Assembly (NCBI GenBank): GCA_951406725.2
Contig: OX597819.1
Location: 66,960,001 to 67,024,000, forward strand
DNA: 64,000 nt
Source of the DNA: Octopus vulgaris
Lineage: Eukaryota
Direction: 5' to 3'
The first letter of the stretch is position 1. The number at the start of each line of letters is the position of its first letter. Below are positions 40,861 to 54,340 of the stretch, piece after piece. Below the pieces are notes generated by a model, which worked only from the letters and a program-made list of their open reading frames with translations, was not told the DNA's origin and did no database searches. The position numbers and the translations under genes were made by a program.

Positions 40861-41700
40861 TCCGTCAAAATAAAATAGAGAATAAGTTATGTCGAAGTAG
40901 GAAAAAGTATGAATATGTGTGCGTCGGATTGCTTCCGAAATTCGTCTTTGCATAAAGCTGGACATGTCTCACGACCTCGATGTCAGTACGTAAACGTATA
41001 GATTTATTTTGGTATTTTGTCCCGCATTTGTCTCTCGTTATGTATTTTGATGTCTTGTTCTTATTCTGTATGTTTAGGCTTGTTGTCCTGTGCTTGTCTC
41101 TCGTGTGTTGGCATGTTTTTCGCTCGTTGGCGATGTCCTGTACTAAACGTGTATCTTTTTTTTGTTTATAATCGAATACCACGCAGCATAGTCCACTGTA
41201 AATCCTTACATTTACTTCTAATTTCTACCACTCCACACACTGCTTTCGTTCTCTCTCTATCCTTCTACAATCCTCTTTATTTTCCGTTTCTCCCAGTCGT
41301 TCTTTGCTGTCCCTTGTCTTTCTTCCACTCTCTATTCTCTTTCGCTCATTCTCCCTTCTCGCTATGTTTCTTTTCCCTCGTCCTCTCTCTTGTCCCCCTT
41401 TGTCTGTGGCTATTAGTCACACGTGATTACAGGCCATTTTTCTCTCGCCTCTCTCTTTCTGGACCACGCATCCATCTTGCAGGACGTCATTCCCCTCACC
41501 TCTCGACATTTGTCTCTTCTACTATTTTCTTCTCTTGTATTTATTCTATATCCTCTCAAAATTTCTCTCAGGCGTTGCCAATTACAATGCATCTTGGCCT
41601 AACGCCCCTTAATGTTTGTCTCCGTTGATTGTTTATTTGTACGTCTACTTTGTTTTTGTTTCTTTGTTCAAAGACCTAACTCTCTGCTGTCTTATGAGTT

Positions 41701-41764
41701 TTTCCTATCTTGTCGTTGAAAGCTCGAAATAGGGAGTAATAAAAATTTTACAACTGAAGTGCTA
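41701..41764 (+). ncRNA. Non-circularly permuted hammerhead-like motif, copy 3
   Basis: uuuCCUAU-C-UUGUcg-uugaaa-gcuc-GAA-AUAGGgag...uACAA-CUGAAGU-gcu. Confidence 0.55.
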
Positions 41765-41854
41765 GAATTCTTTTGGTATTTTGTCCCATACTTCTCGCTC
41801 ATTATGTGTTTACATATTTTCCATTCGTTGTTGAAGTCCTGTTTTTATTATGTA

Positions 41855-42249
41855 CTAGCAGTATCGCCCGGCGTTGCTCGGGTTTGTATGGGAAATAACT
41901 ATATAAGCATTTTTAGAGATGTAAAGTATAATAGCCATCACAATATGGCTAACCACAAGGTGGGGGTCTTACTGTAGCTTTTTACGTTCTGAGATTTAAT
42001 AATAAATTTTTAGAGAGTTACTTCACTTATATATGCCAAAAATGCATTAAAAATGGGAAAAATTGATGGTAATTTTTTTTTTAATCATAGACTCATCGTA
42101 GACGCGCGCTAATACCCAGAAGGGCCCGATATGAATCAGAACTATAAGATACCCGGTTTTGGTTAAACTGCACCGCAAAATGTGGGAGTAGTTAGGAATC
42201 TAAATCGTAGGAGACAGACAGCACACAACCTCTCTTTTATATATAAAGA
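41855..42249 (-). mobile_element. Complete non-autonomous Helitron
   Basis: Minus strand A|TCtttatatataaaag ... cccgagcaacgccgggcgatactgCTAG|T; no target-site duplication. Confidence 0.88.
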
Positions 42250-42623
42250 TTTGTTAGGATTTTTGCCTTGTGCTTGTCTCTCATATGTTTGCGTGCTCGT
42301 TGGTTATGTCCTGTACGTAATGTATATTTTTGTTTATGTATATATCTATCTGTATATATATATATATATGTGTGAATGTTTTATATATATGTGTGTGTGT
42401 ATCAGCTAGAGTGCATACGGAATTCGTTATTCTTTACACACAGCCGCATGATTGAAACAGGTAAAAGAATAAAATAATACAAACACACACACTCACAAAC
42501 ACACACTCACATTTGCTTATGCATACATGTATAGGCCTATAGCGTCTGGAAGGCGCACAATGTGAGAACACACATTTGATGCAAGTCTGATGAAGCACCC
42601 CTCTAATGTCTAACACAGCAAAC

Positions 42624-42725
<102 letters not shown>

Positions 42726-42744
42726 GTATATATATATATAAGTT

Positions 42745-42945
42745 TATGTGTGTGTTTTGTTTTTTGTACTTGTCACCCTACTTCTTGACAACTGGCGTTG
42801 ATTTGTCTACATTCCCGTAAGGTAGCGGTTAAACAAACATGATACAAAGAAAAATAAACTTATCCCGTGGCCGATTTGTTTGTCTAAAACTTTCCATATC
42901 GGTGCCCAGCATGGCCGCAATCCAATGAGTGAAAGAAGTAACGTT
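42745..42945 (+). mobile_element. SINE family A 3' half, degenerate
   Basis: cttgacaactgg...cggtgcccagcatggccgcaatccaatgagtgaaa. Confidence 0.7.
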
Positions 42946-43089
42946 TAAAAGTTAATCGAGACATTATCTTTTAACTTTTACTTGTTTCAGTTTGCATGGC
43001 TTGATCTTCTTATCTATAAATATTTAACGGATAATTTATTTCTCCTGATATGAAATGTAAAGAATAATGAATTCCGTATGCACTAGCTG

Positions 43090-43123
<34 letters not shown>

Positions 43124-44087
43124 CATGTGTATTTACCTGCGATGTCTGTTAAGAAAACATTATAATTTATATTTTTTCATTCGATTTTATATTAATAATT
43201 GTCCAGTTAACTATTATATAAGACGAAGCAAATTATGTCAGGCTTCGTAAATCATATTTTCACTGGTCAAATATAATGGTTTTCTCCTCTATTTTTACTT
43301 TCTTTCAATTGTTAGATAAACGAATATGTCCAAGTATATGTTAACAATATTTTCCATAATCTGATAATATAATAATGTTATTTGCAACTTTTCTATAGAT
43401 ACATATTAATCGTTATTGCTGCTGTAATCTGTGAATAGAAGTAGGCATTTTATTCGAGGAGTTTTGTTCAAAATATGAAGCGAGACATTGAATGATTTTG
43501 TTGATCGGTTTAATTATATATCAGAAGATTTATTAGCTATCAATGTCGGCGGATTTTGTTCGTGTTGGACAAATGATTATTGACTCATTCATAGAACTGG
43601 TAACACATCGCAGATAAAGTAACGAAGCAGATTATGTTTAAAATAATCCATTATATCTATATCAAAGAATGAGAAACCAAAACGGTAATGCCAACAACAA
43701 CAACACAACATCGGCAACTACATCGTCATCAATAGCAACATATTCATCAGCAACAACAACAAACGCCGCAGTAATATTAATAATGAGAACATCATCAGCA
43801 ATAACGTCAGCTACAAAATCCACCGCCATATTGTGTGCTTATCCAACCGTACCCAGTAACCCGATGGTCGGGTTACGATCGTACAAGGAAACGAAATGAA
43901 ATCCTACAATGTTGTTGTTTAGACTTAAGTAATCTTCAGATAACCCACGAAGAAAATATGTTCTTACGGTTATTTCATACTTTGCATTTCACGGACGAAA
44001 TTGACCATTGTCTCAAATTACAAGCAATAAAAGTATATGACATGAAAGAGTTGTGAGTACTACATTTTGGATTCCTCTGTTCCTAAT

Positions 44088-44492
44088 GGTGTAGGAGTGG
44101 CTGCGTGGTACGTAGCTTGCTTAAAAACCACATAATTCCGGGTTCAGTCCCACTGCGTGGCACGTTGGGCAAGTGACTTCTACTATAGCCTCTGGCCGAC
44201 CAAAGTCTTGTGAGTGGATTTGGTAGACGGGAACTGAAAGAAGCCCATCGTATATATGTATATATGTGTGTGCGCGTATATATTTGTATGTCTGTGTTTG
44301 ATCCTACCAAAATCTCTTGACACCCGATGCTGGTGTGTTTACGTCCCCGTAACTTAGCGGTTCGGCGAAAGAGACAGATAGACTAAGTATTAGGCTTACG
44401 AAGAATAAGACCTGGGGTCGATTTGCTCGAATAAAGGCGGTGCTCCAGCATGGCCAAAGTCACATAACTGTAACAATTAAAAGAGTAAAAGA
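44088..44492 (+). mobile_element. SINE family A, complete, short internal microsatellite
   Basis: Head to gagtaaaaga tail. Confidence 0.92.
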
Positions 44493-44778
44493 ATAATGAA
44501 TATGAAAAAGTAAGGCAATTCTTTTCTGCAAATAGAAGCAATGTGTAAGTACTTTACGCTAGATTTAGTGACGTTAATCTCTTCAGTTAGATTTCATCCA
44601 AAGAAGTATTTCTCGACAACATGAACAATTGCTGATATTCTCAGCCTGAAGAATGTTGATATGTTCAATATGAATCATAAATTAACTGATAGCAGCATAG
44701 AAATTGTTCATTTTATTTCTCATGAAAAATAAAATTTATTATTTATGTGATATTTAAGAGATGAGGAATCATGTACGT

Positions 44779-44901
44779 TATTTACATTTGACGCTTATTT
44801 GTCCTCAACTTGTCTGTTGTTAACACAACGCTTTGGATGAAGGCTGGAGGGCATATCAGCCGAAACGTTGTGTTAACAACAAACAGTAAATACTGTAAAT
44901 A
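44779..44901. mobile_element. Small head-to-head inverted element with minimal hammerhead motif
   Basis: gttgttaacacaacg / cgttgtgttaacaac flanking GATGA-a-GGCTG...CAGCC-GAAA-cgtt. Confidence 0.6.
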
Positions 44902-45149
44902 ATTTTTTTATGTCCTTATAAAGCTATGAGTCTTTTTCGCCTATACCGATATTAGTTCCATCAGTCAACACTGAAGAAATATGGGTTGGACAGGTGAAAC
45001 TCCTCATTGGGTGATTGGTTCTAGCATGCCATGTTGAAACGGAATTTGAACACAAATCAAAAGACATACATTAGATTATCTCGTCCGATACACTAGCAGC
45101 TCTACCAATACTCAGATTTAGTACGGCATATTCTTTTCAATTTTACTCT

Positions 45150-45380
45150 AAAATAATGGAAAAAATATGCTCTTTTTTACTCTAAGCACAAGGCTAAAAA
45201 TTTTGTGGGAGGGGGCCAGTCGATTAGATCGAATCCAATACGCAACTGGTACGTAATTTACCGACCACGAATGGATGATAGTCAAAGTCCACCTCGGCAG
45301 AATTTGAACTCCGAATGTAAAGACAAACGGAATAACACTAAGCGTTTCGCCCGTCGTGCTAACGTTTCTGCCAGTTCGCT
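45150..45380 (-). mobile_element. SINE family B
   Basis: ctcggcagaatttgaactc...gctaacgtttctgccagttcgc. Confidence 0.85.
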
Positions 45381-45650
45381 TTGTTTTCAGCATTAGATAT
45401 TGCATACATATTACGATTTGCACTGCAATTACTATTCAAAACATTTCTGCATGTGTCCAATTATCTACTACAGTCGTGTTAAATCGATAATACGCATATG
45501 ATCCGGTTTGCATATGATATTAATTAACAAACAAACATTGCATTAATAAGCCTGATTCTAAATAATGATGTACACAAAAGTAAACACGTTTACTGAGGAA
45601 AACATTTTGCACCTACTAAAATATATATGAATACATATATACACATAATC

Positions 45651-45704
<54 letters not shown>

Positions 45705-45736
45705 ATATATATATACGTATATATATAATAAATATG

Positions 45737-45787
<51 letters not shown>

Positions 45788-45928
45788 TATATATATATAT
45801 ATATATGTACATGCAGGTTCATTTATATACGTATAAGATTTAAGTGCATAGTGAAGTTTCGTGAGGATTAGAGGCGGTAATAATTTGAAAAATCATGTTT
45901 ATTAGTGAATTACATTCCCCTCTCTGTC

Positions 45929-46005
<77 letters not shown>

Positions 46006-47288
46006 CACTCTCACTTTCTGTCTCTGTCTGTCTATCTATCTGTTTCAGTCTTCTCTCTCTCTCTCTCTTTCTCACTCTCTCTCTCTATCTATCTATCTAT
46101 CTATCTATCTATTTGTTAGTGGATCACTATCCCATAATTTCTGCCAAGGGTTAGTGACAGGATGTTGTCTGTTTTAGACGCAGCAAATGATTTTAGCTAA
46201 ATAGAGAGCTTAGGATTGGTTAAAATTCGAAAAATTAAACTACGTTAAACTTACAAATTACAATTTTCTCAAGAAAGCCAAGAGAAAAAAATGTTTTATT
46301 TTGACACATTCTACCAGTATACGAAGTTTAAAAGTGTTTAGTTAACTAGAAATTGTGTTGAAAACTGCCGTTGAAAAGGAAAAGATCCGGGTTTTGTGAG
46401 GCCGGACTCCCTCCAGAGATTTTCAATTTAAAGATGTAAACATGTTTTCGGTAACGTACGAGTAATTTATTCAAAACTGAATGTTCCTTGAAAATTGTGT
46501 TTTATGGAATGGAAAATAATACTGTGTGTCCCTAGCATTTTCCCCTTACACTTGTCGTTTACAAACATGGCAATTCATCTAAAGACTCCAACGAGAAGCC
46601 TCACAATTTCACTATTTCGGCCGGCTGTATCTCTCTATATCTGCTGCATTATGTTTATATCTGTTGCATTGTGACTATATTTGTTGCTTTGTGAAGTTGA
46701 AGCCTATTTAAATATTTATACAAAATTTATTGCATATCGAAGCCAAACAACTCTGTCTTCTGTTAAACCATATATTTCGCCGATTTATTTGATTAAAAGT
46801 AACCTATGTAAATGAAAATGTTATTTGGTAACACTGAGGTTTGGACAGACTCACCAACTATCATTGCTTTAAGCCAGTTGTACGAATGATTGCCGTGAAT
46901 TTCTTGGCTTTAAAGATATTGCGAAAGATCTGATTGGATGCCGAAACTTCCGAGTTCTTTTACAAGGCTTCGAACAACTGAAAACGGCTGCGATAAATAT
47001 GTGAATTAGAGAGGAGACTAAATCCATAATTAACTGATTCTCCTGTATTTACTTTTTCCCAAAACTAGGAACTTTCCAGCATTCACTCAGATATCAGTGA
47101 CCGATTTGCAATTGGGTTCACGAAAATTTTGATACCAAATAATAAACGCTTAAATTAATATAATGGTATTTTTTGTGTGTTTCTGATAGTATGTATTTTC
47201 CTCACTAATCGTTTTACTTTCATCATTTAGTTTCTGACCAGACAATATACCAGGCAAGTATTTGTGTAAATGCTGGGGTCCCAAAAAA

Positions 47289-47748
47289 GGCGCAGGAGTG
47301 GCTGTGTGGTAAGTAGCTTGCTTACCAACAACATGGTTCCAAGTTCAGTTCCACTGCGAGGCACCTAGGGCAAGTGTCTCCTACTATAGCCTCGGGCCGA
47401 CCAAAACCTTGTGAGTGGATTTGGTAGACGGAGTCTGAAAGAAGCCCGTCGTATATATATATATATATAAATATATATATATTTGTATGTATGTATGTAT
47501 GTATGTATGTATGTATGTATGTGTGTGTGTATATGTTTTTGTGTCTGTGTTTGTCCCCAAAACATCGTTTGACAAACGATGCTGATGTGCTCACTACCCC
47601 GCAACTTAGCTGTTCGGCAAAAGATCCGACAGAATAAGTACTAGGCTTACAAAAAATAAGTCCTGGTATCGATTTGCACGACTAAAGGCGGTGCTACAGC
47701 ATGCCCGTACTCAAATGACTGAAACAAGTAAAAGAGTAAAAGAGTAAA
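47289..47748 (+). mobile_element. SINE family A, complete
   Basis: ggcgcaggagtggctgtgtggtaag...caaatgactgaaacaagtaaaagagtaaaagagtaaa. Confidence 0.92.
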
Positions 47749-48301
47749 GGGGAACATTATCTAACATAACCCAATAGATGCACTGAAAATCGATTTAGTT
47801 AACAAGAAAGTTATACTTGATTATAAGACAAGAAACACCTAAGGTAAAAATATTAATCTTTACCTTAAATATTTTAGAACTGTGAACGAATTAGAAATCA
47901 GAAAAAGTGGAGACTCATGCTATTACTTGCAATTCGCTGTTTCGTTGAATGGTTTTGCACTATTTTGTTCGTCATACTTCCATGGTGATGTTTCCTAGAA
48001 ACAAATTCCTAAAATAATCTTTTCCAAAAGTAAAAATTTCGGCATAAATGCCAAGCTGGTCTCGATGCAACATTACAGAAAGTTGGATACTATTTAGGTT
48101 TCATTTTGTGGTTTAAAGTTTTCGAATAGCATCTTGACTTCCATGCTTAGCAAACGTTTGTGAATGTCTCATAATATGAGGTCTTTGAAAACAAAGATAT
48201 TGATACCTTACTTGTTTCTTCTCAAGAAGGAAAAGAATCTCGCATCTGAATTTCCTTCCAAATACTGCGATTCCAACTATCAGTATTCAATTGTTTTTCT
48301 T

Positions 48302-48338
<37 letters not shown>

Positions 48339-49499
48339 TGAAAAGGATTAATTAGACCATTCTTTTTTATGATATTGTCTCTGGTTCCATTTATTTGAAC
48401 ATGCTACGAGAGATGTTGGGCTTATTTTTCGCACGATAGAGTATCCTAGTACTTTTGTTTTATAGAAAGTGAGTGAAATAAATTCTTCGATGAAAAAACA
48501 TATAATATATGAATTTATTTACGCAACAATATGCTACCGCGGGGTCCAGTAGTCTCCCTCTGTATCTATCCATCTACTTATTATCTATCTATCTTTAAAG
48601 TATTCTGAATAGTCCAGCATATAAATACTTGTGATCAAATACTTGTGTCAAAAATAGTTATACTCTATCACAATTATATTTACAAGGGAATCGTGTTTAA
48701 ACCCTTTTTTGTTCTACGAAATGTTACCGATAGTTCAAAGATAAGAAATTTATTTGAAACAAAATTTTCGCATGTTCTCACATCTCATTACTATATACAG
48801 GCCGTTTGCCTTATACATACCAGCTGAATAGACAAAATTTATTATAGAAATAATACGAAATCGGTTTGAGCGCTATTAAATTATTTATAAGTTTTAACAT
48901 AAACGCTACGCGTAGAGAAGCTTCTAGTACTTACTGTAAATAGTTAAAAACATCCATATAAGGAGACGAATACCCACGAATTAAAGAAAATTAGAGCGGG
49001 TACAGTTTCTACTGCCACACTGGCTTTTCCATGCAAATTTCAACTTTTGTATATTCCTTCACAGGAAACAAAGCTATATTCTATGAACGGAGTATTTTCT
49101 TGGAAACAAACTTGTTTCGGGTTACATCATTATAGAAGTATGACGCGTAACAAAATGTGACAAAGCATTGAATGACACTGCAAAATCCAAAGAATATTAT
49201 GATTTATCTCCTGTATCTCTGTTTGCTAAGCGGTTCACGGCTTTACAATACGATGGCAAAATTTATATTTGAATTTAATTTAATAGAAGACTTGTTAACT
49301 ACATCGAATTTCATTCTATCCAAAGGCTTAAGCTCTACAAAATATTATTTGTAACTTCATATATACCTATTCAGAATCAGAGAGAGAGAGAGAGAGAAAG
49401 AGAAAGAAAGAAAGAGAGAGAGAGAGAAGGCGAGAGAGAGAGGTATACACCTAAACATATATGTGTTTCCATTGAAAGTTCGTCCCATAAATATGTTTG

Positions 49500-50422
49500 G
49501 CAAACTCTTAGCATCATAATCTCTTACATTTCTATGGTAGTGCTCGGATGCCCTATCCTGCGAAAAATAAGCCCAACATTTCTCGTAGCAAGTTCAAATA
49601 AAGGGAACCAGAGGCAATATCATAATAAAGAATGGTTTAATTAATCGTTTTCATGACAAGATGCAGCAAAGTGTAGCGCCTGGTAAATCAATGTGATATT
49701 CCTTTGTAATATGCGATTTTGTCCGGTTTGCAGTATATGAAACGCTTACGGTTAATCGAACCATTGAATTTAGTTGTAGTTTTATCATTGCGAAATAATC
49801 TTTATTGAAGCGTGTACGTCTTCTACACATTTTGTCAAGTACCACTAGTACATCACATTTTGGTCCGGATCATCTTCAGTGACGGCTTGGTCTATTACTG
49901 AAAGTAACTGTTTCAAACGACAGTATTTCAAAAGTTAGACGCTTAATTTTCAATTTCCTATATCACTACTCGCTCGGCACATAGATTTTTCTAGCAATCT
50001 GCTAATATATTTCTTATTCTCTTTCTTGCTCTGTAGCACACGTACACCTTCGCGATATTCATGGAGGTTTATTGCGGACATCCTCTAGTCCGAGTGATTG
50101 CAAGTCTCGTTGATGGAACTTCTTGAACGTCCCACCAAATTTCTCGCTGCTTTTCGACGAAGTCTTCAAATTTCCAATAATACTTTGGAAATATTTCCTG
50201 CGAAGAATGCTTAGTTCTCTTCCCTTCATTTTATTTGCTTTAAAATTCAATGGTAACTACGTCAGTTATCTGCCCTTAAATTGTATATACATCATTTGAG
50301 ATAGCTTCTATTCACATGCATGTGCGTATATATATATATATATATGTGTGTATGTCTGTCTATCTTTCAATAAATATATATATATACATACATATATATA
50401 TGTGTATGTATGTATGCATGTA

Positions 50423-50469
<47 letters not shown>

Positions 50470-51950
50470 ATATATACCTATATATACATATATGTATATA
50501 TGTGTGTGTGTATGTGTATGCATAGGTTATAGCATGAAAGTCTTTCCAGGATTCGCCTGTTTACTTAAAATATAATCCAAAACAACAAGGGAGAAAAGAC
50601 TTCAATTTTGATACACCAAAAATAGTATCGAGTACAATACTGTTAATTATCAGAACACCAAATATTAATTAAATATTTCCCTGTGGCACTATCACTAATT
50701 TTTACAAATTCATTTGTTGATTTTAATTGTTGGACTTTACACATTTTCCGACACATTGTCTTTTATCTAAATGCCTCGACCTATTGTTTACAGTTATTAA
50801 TATAAACCTGGTGTAACTTGGTTCTGAGAAATATGTTTACTTTTTTAATTGTTTAACAATGATTTGAAGTGGCAATGGACAGTTATATGACTAGTCAAGT
50901 AATCGTAGGAGAGTTTTGAATGAACGCAACATGGTTTCAATCATGAGTAGGAAATGCTGATCTTCAGTAACTGAAGAAAATACGATGTCTTTGTTGAACT
51001 GGATATTCGGTTTAATGAAGTGCATGAATGACTATTTGAAATGCAACCGATAAGAACCTTTCTTGGAACTTCCGTGCATTTAGCTTAACACATAAATTGA
51101 GATATATTAAACTTAGATGTGTTTCAATCGAAATTTGGCCCTAGCCATCTCTAATTTAATACCTTGACATGATAGAATCTGTTTAGCTATTTTCAGGTAA
51201 ATGTTTATGGTATCACGACCCATTCAAGTAGGAAATTTCCGCAGGGATAAATCCAAGGGTAGGTGGCTGGTTTCATTTCATATACCTAATCGAAATTAGT
51301 TCAGATATCTTTCAAAGGTGATGTATGTCTTTGATTTCTTCTGGGACAACGTTAAACAGAGCCATGCTAGTTGAGGAAAATAACATGTGCCGCAGTATAT
51401 TTATATGTTGTGAGCTTCAAATGTGTACCCGTGGTATGGCATGGGGGTTCCAGCTTTGGATGAAATCTAAATTTCATATTTGGGTTAGCTGGGCAATGCT
51501 GATGTCATATTCTTAGCTTTGTATAAAGGATGTAACGCTCACAAAGATAAAATAATGATTCAATGACTTAAAACGGTTCCAATAATCATGATCATTGATA
51601 ACTTTATATTTGATTGATTGCTTTCATGCCAGTTTCAATTTCCGTAATATTTTGCGTTGTATGGAAGGCCATATAATGCAGTAATATTCTAGATGTAGCC
51701 ATATAAAAGAGGAGAAAAAATGGAATTATGGCAGCTAAAGCAATTAAATCGGTGAAGAAGGTATCAATGAAGGGAAATTGGATGACGTTTGGAATTCCGC
51801 GTTCTAACTGGCAATCTAACTCAACATAGTGGCATATCATTATTTATTTATTTAACTTTTGGTATAACCTGAAAATTTGAGGGATTCAATCATGTATATC
51901 ATAATAGTATGGATATTGCATTTCTATACATTACCTGCCTTTAAGATGTT
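49500..51950 (-). mobile_element. Possible heavily decayed L1/Tx1-type RT region
   Basis: LKFSGY (51870) then LERGI..HPIS (51775-51805) in RT order; otherwise eroded; left boundary is a guess. Confidence 0.3.
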
Positions 51951-52127
51951 ACGCCACAATGGCGTTTCTTAATGAATCATTTTTACATACATCATAGCAT
52001 CAATCCCTCTGTTTTATTATATATACATACATATATATTTACCTCACTGTGAGCCCTATATTATTGTACCTAGCTATTTCTAACGTCTCATGTGCTGGTG
52101 TATATAGAGTCTAATGAATCGTCTAAC

Positions 52128-52173
<46 letters not shown>

Positions 52174-52179
52174 AGATAT

Positions 52180-52809
52180 TCGAGCAAAACGCCCCCCGTC
52201 CTATGGACAGTGCTCAGTTGTCAAACATTTAAACCACATTTTCTCAAAACAACTTGTCCGACCGTCCCATAGGACTCTCCTTTGAGAAACACTGATTTAA
52301 CCTAAATTTGAGACACCAGCAAAAGAAGGATAAAAGATAGACTTTTTTCTATTCCAAAGAAAAACGATTTTATTAACGCAAATATGAAACCGAAGAGTTT
52401 GAAGTACCAGTAATGATAAGGCTGTTGACTGGGAGAACACAAACATGGTTTAAGCTTGGCAGGAAAGAAACGTGCATTTCAGCAGTACAAAAACAACAAA
52501 AACTAGAAGGTGCAGTTATGTACAGGTTGACGGAGAAAGGCAGGACAAAAAACGATGCTTGCAAATTGGTTAGCTGGAGCTTAATCTAGATGGACAAATT
52601 ATATATATTTATATATATTTGCCCATACAAATGCATGTTCCCACGGCTTTATCGATCGCATTCTCACCTGGAATCTATTTTGTAATTTTTCCAGGACCTA
52701 TTCACGCCCCGATACCGTCGGTATCTACATATCGAATTTGAGCCCAATCGGATGGAGGATGCCCGAGCTCCTAGAAGACACACAGACAGAACGGATTTTA
52801 TATAATAGA
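52180..52809 (-). mobile_element. Helitron-like non-autonomous element
   Basis: Minus 5' A|TCtattatataaaatccgttctgtctgtgtgtc resembles the 42249 end; inverted repeat gtcctatggac/gtcccataggac near the other end; CTAG not intact. Confidence 0.5.
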
Positions 52810-53094
52810 TATATAAAATAGTGACCTGAGATTTACTCCAGCGTGCGTAGCTGTTTCTATGTGTTCCCTTTTAGGATAATGTTGTATGTTTAGCCTGAAT
52901 TTTTACAACATAATATTTTCATATATTTTATATCATATCTGATTATGATTAGATGGTATATATTTTCATTACCCAGCAATTAAACGTCATCCAGTATTAA
53001 TTTTGTTCTACTTTAAAATGACCGTATGTGCTGTCTTTGTAGAACTATGCTTATACACACATACATACGTACTTACATATAGAGGAGCTCGAAT

Positions 53095-53165
53095 GACTAC
53101 TTTCGCCTAATGGTAGAACTCTTGTCATGTCTACCGAAGACGCTGGTTCAAGTCCCACGTGCAGC
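53095..53165 (+). pseudogene. tRNA-like relic or SINE head
   Basis: tcgcctaatggtag (A box) and ggttcaagtccc (B box) at tRNA spacing; acceptor stem does not pair. Confidence 0.45.
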
Positions 53166-53513
53166 CTTCATCTTTTTTCTCGCTAAATAGGTATTTTCAA
53201 CTCAATATTTACATGTTATTATTGATAACCAAATATGAGCTTTGTGATTCAATTCCAAAACCAATGACGAATGTTCTTTCACGTTCTCTCGAAAGTTTCA
53301 AGATTCTAAGGGCGCCAATAACATACAAGTCTCACAGTTAATAAGAGAGATTCAAAACGAGTGCTTGTGTATGTCTGTGTGTGTAATTGTGTGTGTGTGT
53401 GTGCGTGAGGGAGAGAGAGAGAGAGATGTGTTTTACCGTTGCATTCGAAAATGTTCCCTCCATTTAAAGTTTTTGGCGAAACTTTTACTGCGTGGTGCGT
53501 GTTGTCAACGAAA

Positions 53514-53676
53514 GGCGTGTGGCTGTGTGGTAAGAAGTTTGCTTTCGGACCACATGGTTTCAGGTTCAGTCCCACTATGTGTCACCTTGGGCAAGTGTCC
53601 CCTGCTATAGCCTCAGGCCGACCAAAGCCTTGTGAGCATATTTTGCTGACGAAAACTGAAACAAAACAGTCGTATA

Positions 53677-53723
<47 letters not shown>

Positions 53724-53995
53724 GTATGTGTGTGTGCTTGTGTTCGTGTGTGTGTGTGTGTGTGTGTGTGTGACTGTGTGTGTGTTTATCGGTGTGTGTT
53801 TGTCCCCCAACCATCGCTTGAATACCGATATTGGTATGTTTACGTTGGCGTAACTTAACAGTTCGGCAAAAATAAAGCGATCGAATAAGTACTAGGCTTA
53901 CAGTAAATAAATCCTGTGGGTGATTTGTTCGACTAAAGGCGATGCTCCTGCATGGTCGCAGTCAAATGACTGAAACAAGTAAAAGAATGAAAGAA
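53514..53995 (+). mobile_element. SINE family A, near complete, compound internal microsatellite
   Basis: Head, (TA)n(TATG)n(TG)n, tail gcagtcaaatgactgaaacaagtaaaaga. Confidence 0.9.
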
Positions 53996-54075
53996 TAATA
54001 GAACATACACTCGAAGTTGTTACTATGGTGACAGCACACAGTAAACTAACTGTCACACTCACTTCGGATTTTTTA

Positions 54076-54340
54076 AATCTAGTTTCAGCTCACGGGCTGT
54101 GGCCATGCTAAGGTACCGTCATTTCGTGTTACTACATAATTTTACTACACGGATGCTTTTTAGGAACTGAAATTTAGTGCATGAGCGAGGTTGATGCCGC
54201 AGCCCTCATCTGCGCCTCCTGCCACGAAGTTGATTAATCTAAGTAAGAGATCCCGATTTATTTTGAAGACACCTACATCTATCCCATGCAGATCTCTCAG
54301 GTTCTTCGGGGGAATATTGAAGAGCTCTGGACCTCTGATT
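54076..54340 (-). mobile_element. CR1/L2-group LINE 3' end (ORF2 C-terminus + 3' UTR)
   Basis: Minus RGPELFNI..NLRDLHGIDVGVFK...TSWQEAQMRAAASTSL, then tail cggtaccttagcatggccacagcccgtgagctgaaactaga. Confidence 0.7.

Larger units (their letters stand above)
40999..42330 (+). mobile_element. Tandem direct-repeat (pLTR-like) element, units ~41000-41160 and ~41765-42330, the second interrupted by a Helitron
   Basis: ttttggtattttgtccc...tgtgcttgtctctc...gctcgttgg..atgtcctgtac present twice. Confidence 0.7.

Noticed and set aside
40911-40965. Possible sixth rearranged hammerhead (gaat/attc around GAAA)
   Set aside because: Spacer is 21 nt rather than 16, and there is no downstream CUGANGA or stem I
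41017-41628. 203-aa hydrophobic ORF
   Set aside because: Polypyrimidine repeat body depleted of stops by composition; no domain motifs
47289-47360. tRNA genes at SINE heads
   Set aside because: A/B boxes are present but there is no closed cloverleaf, and they are always followed by SINE body
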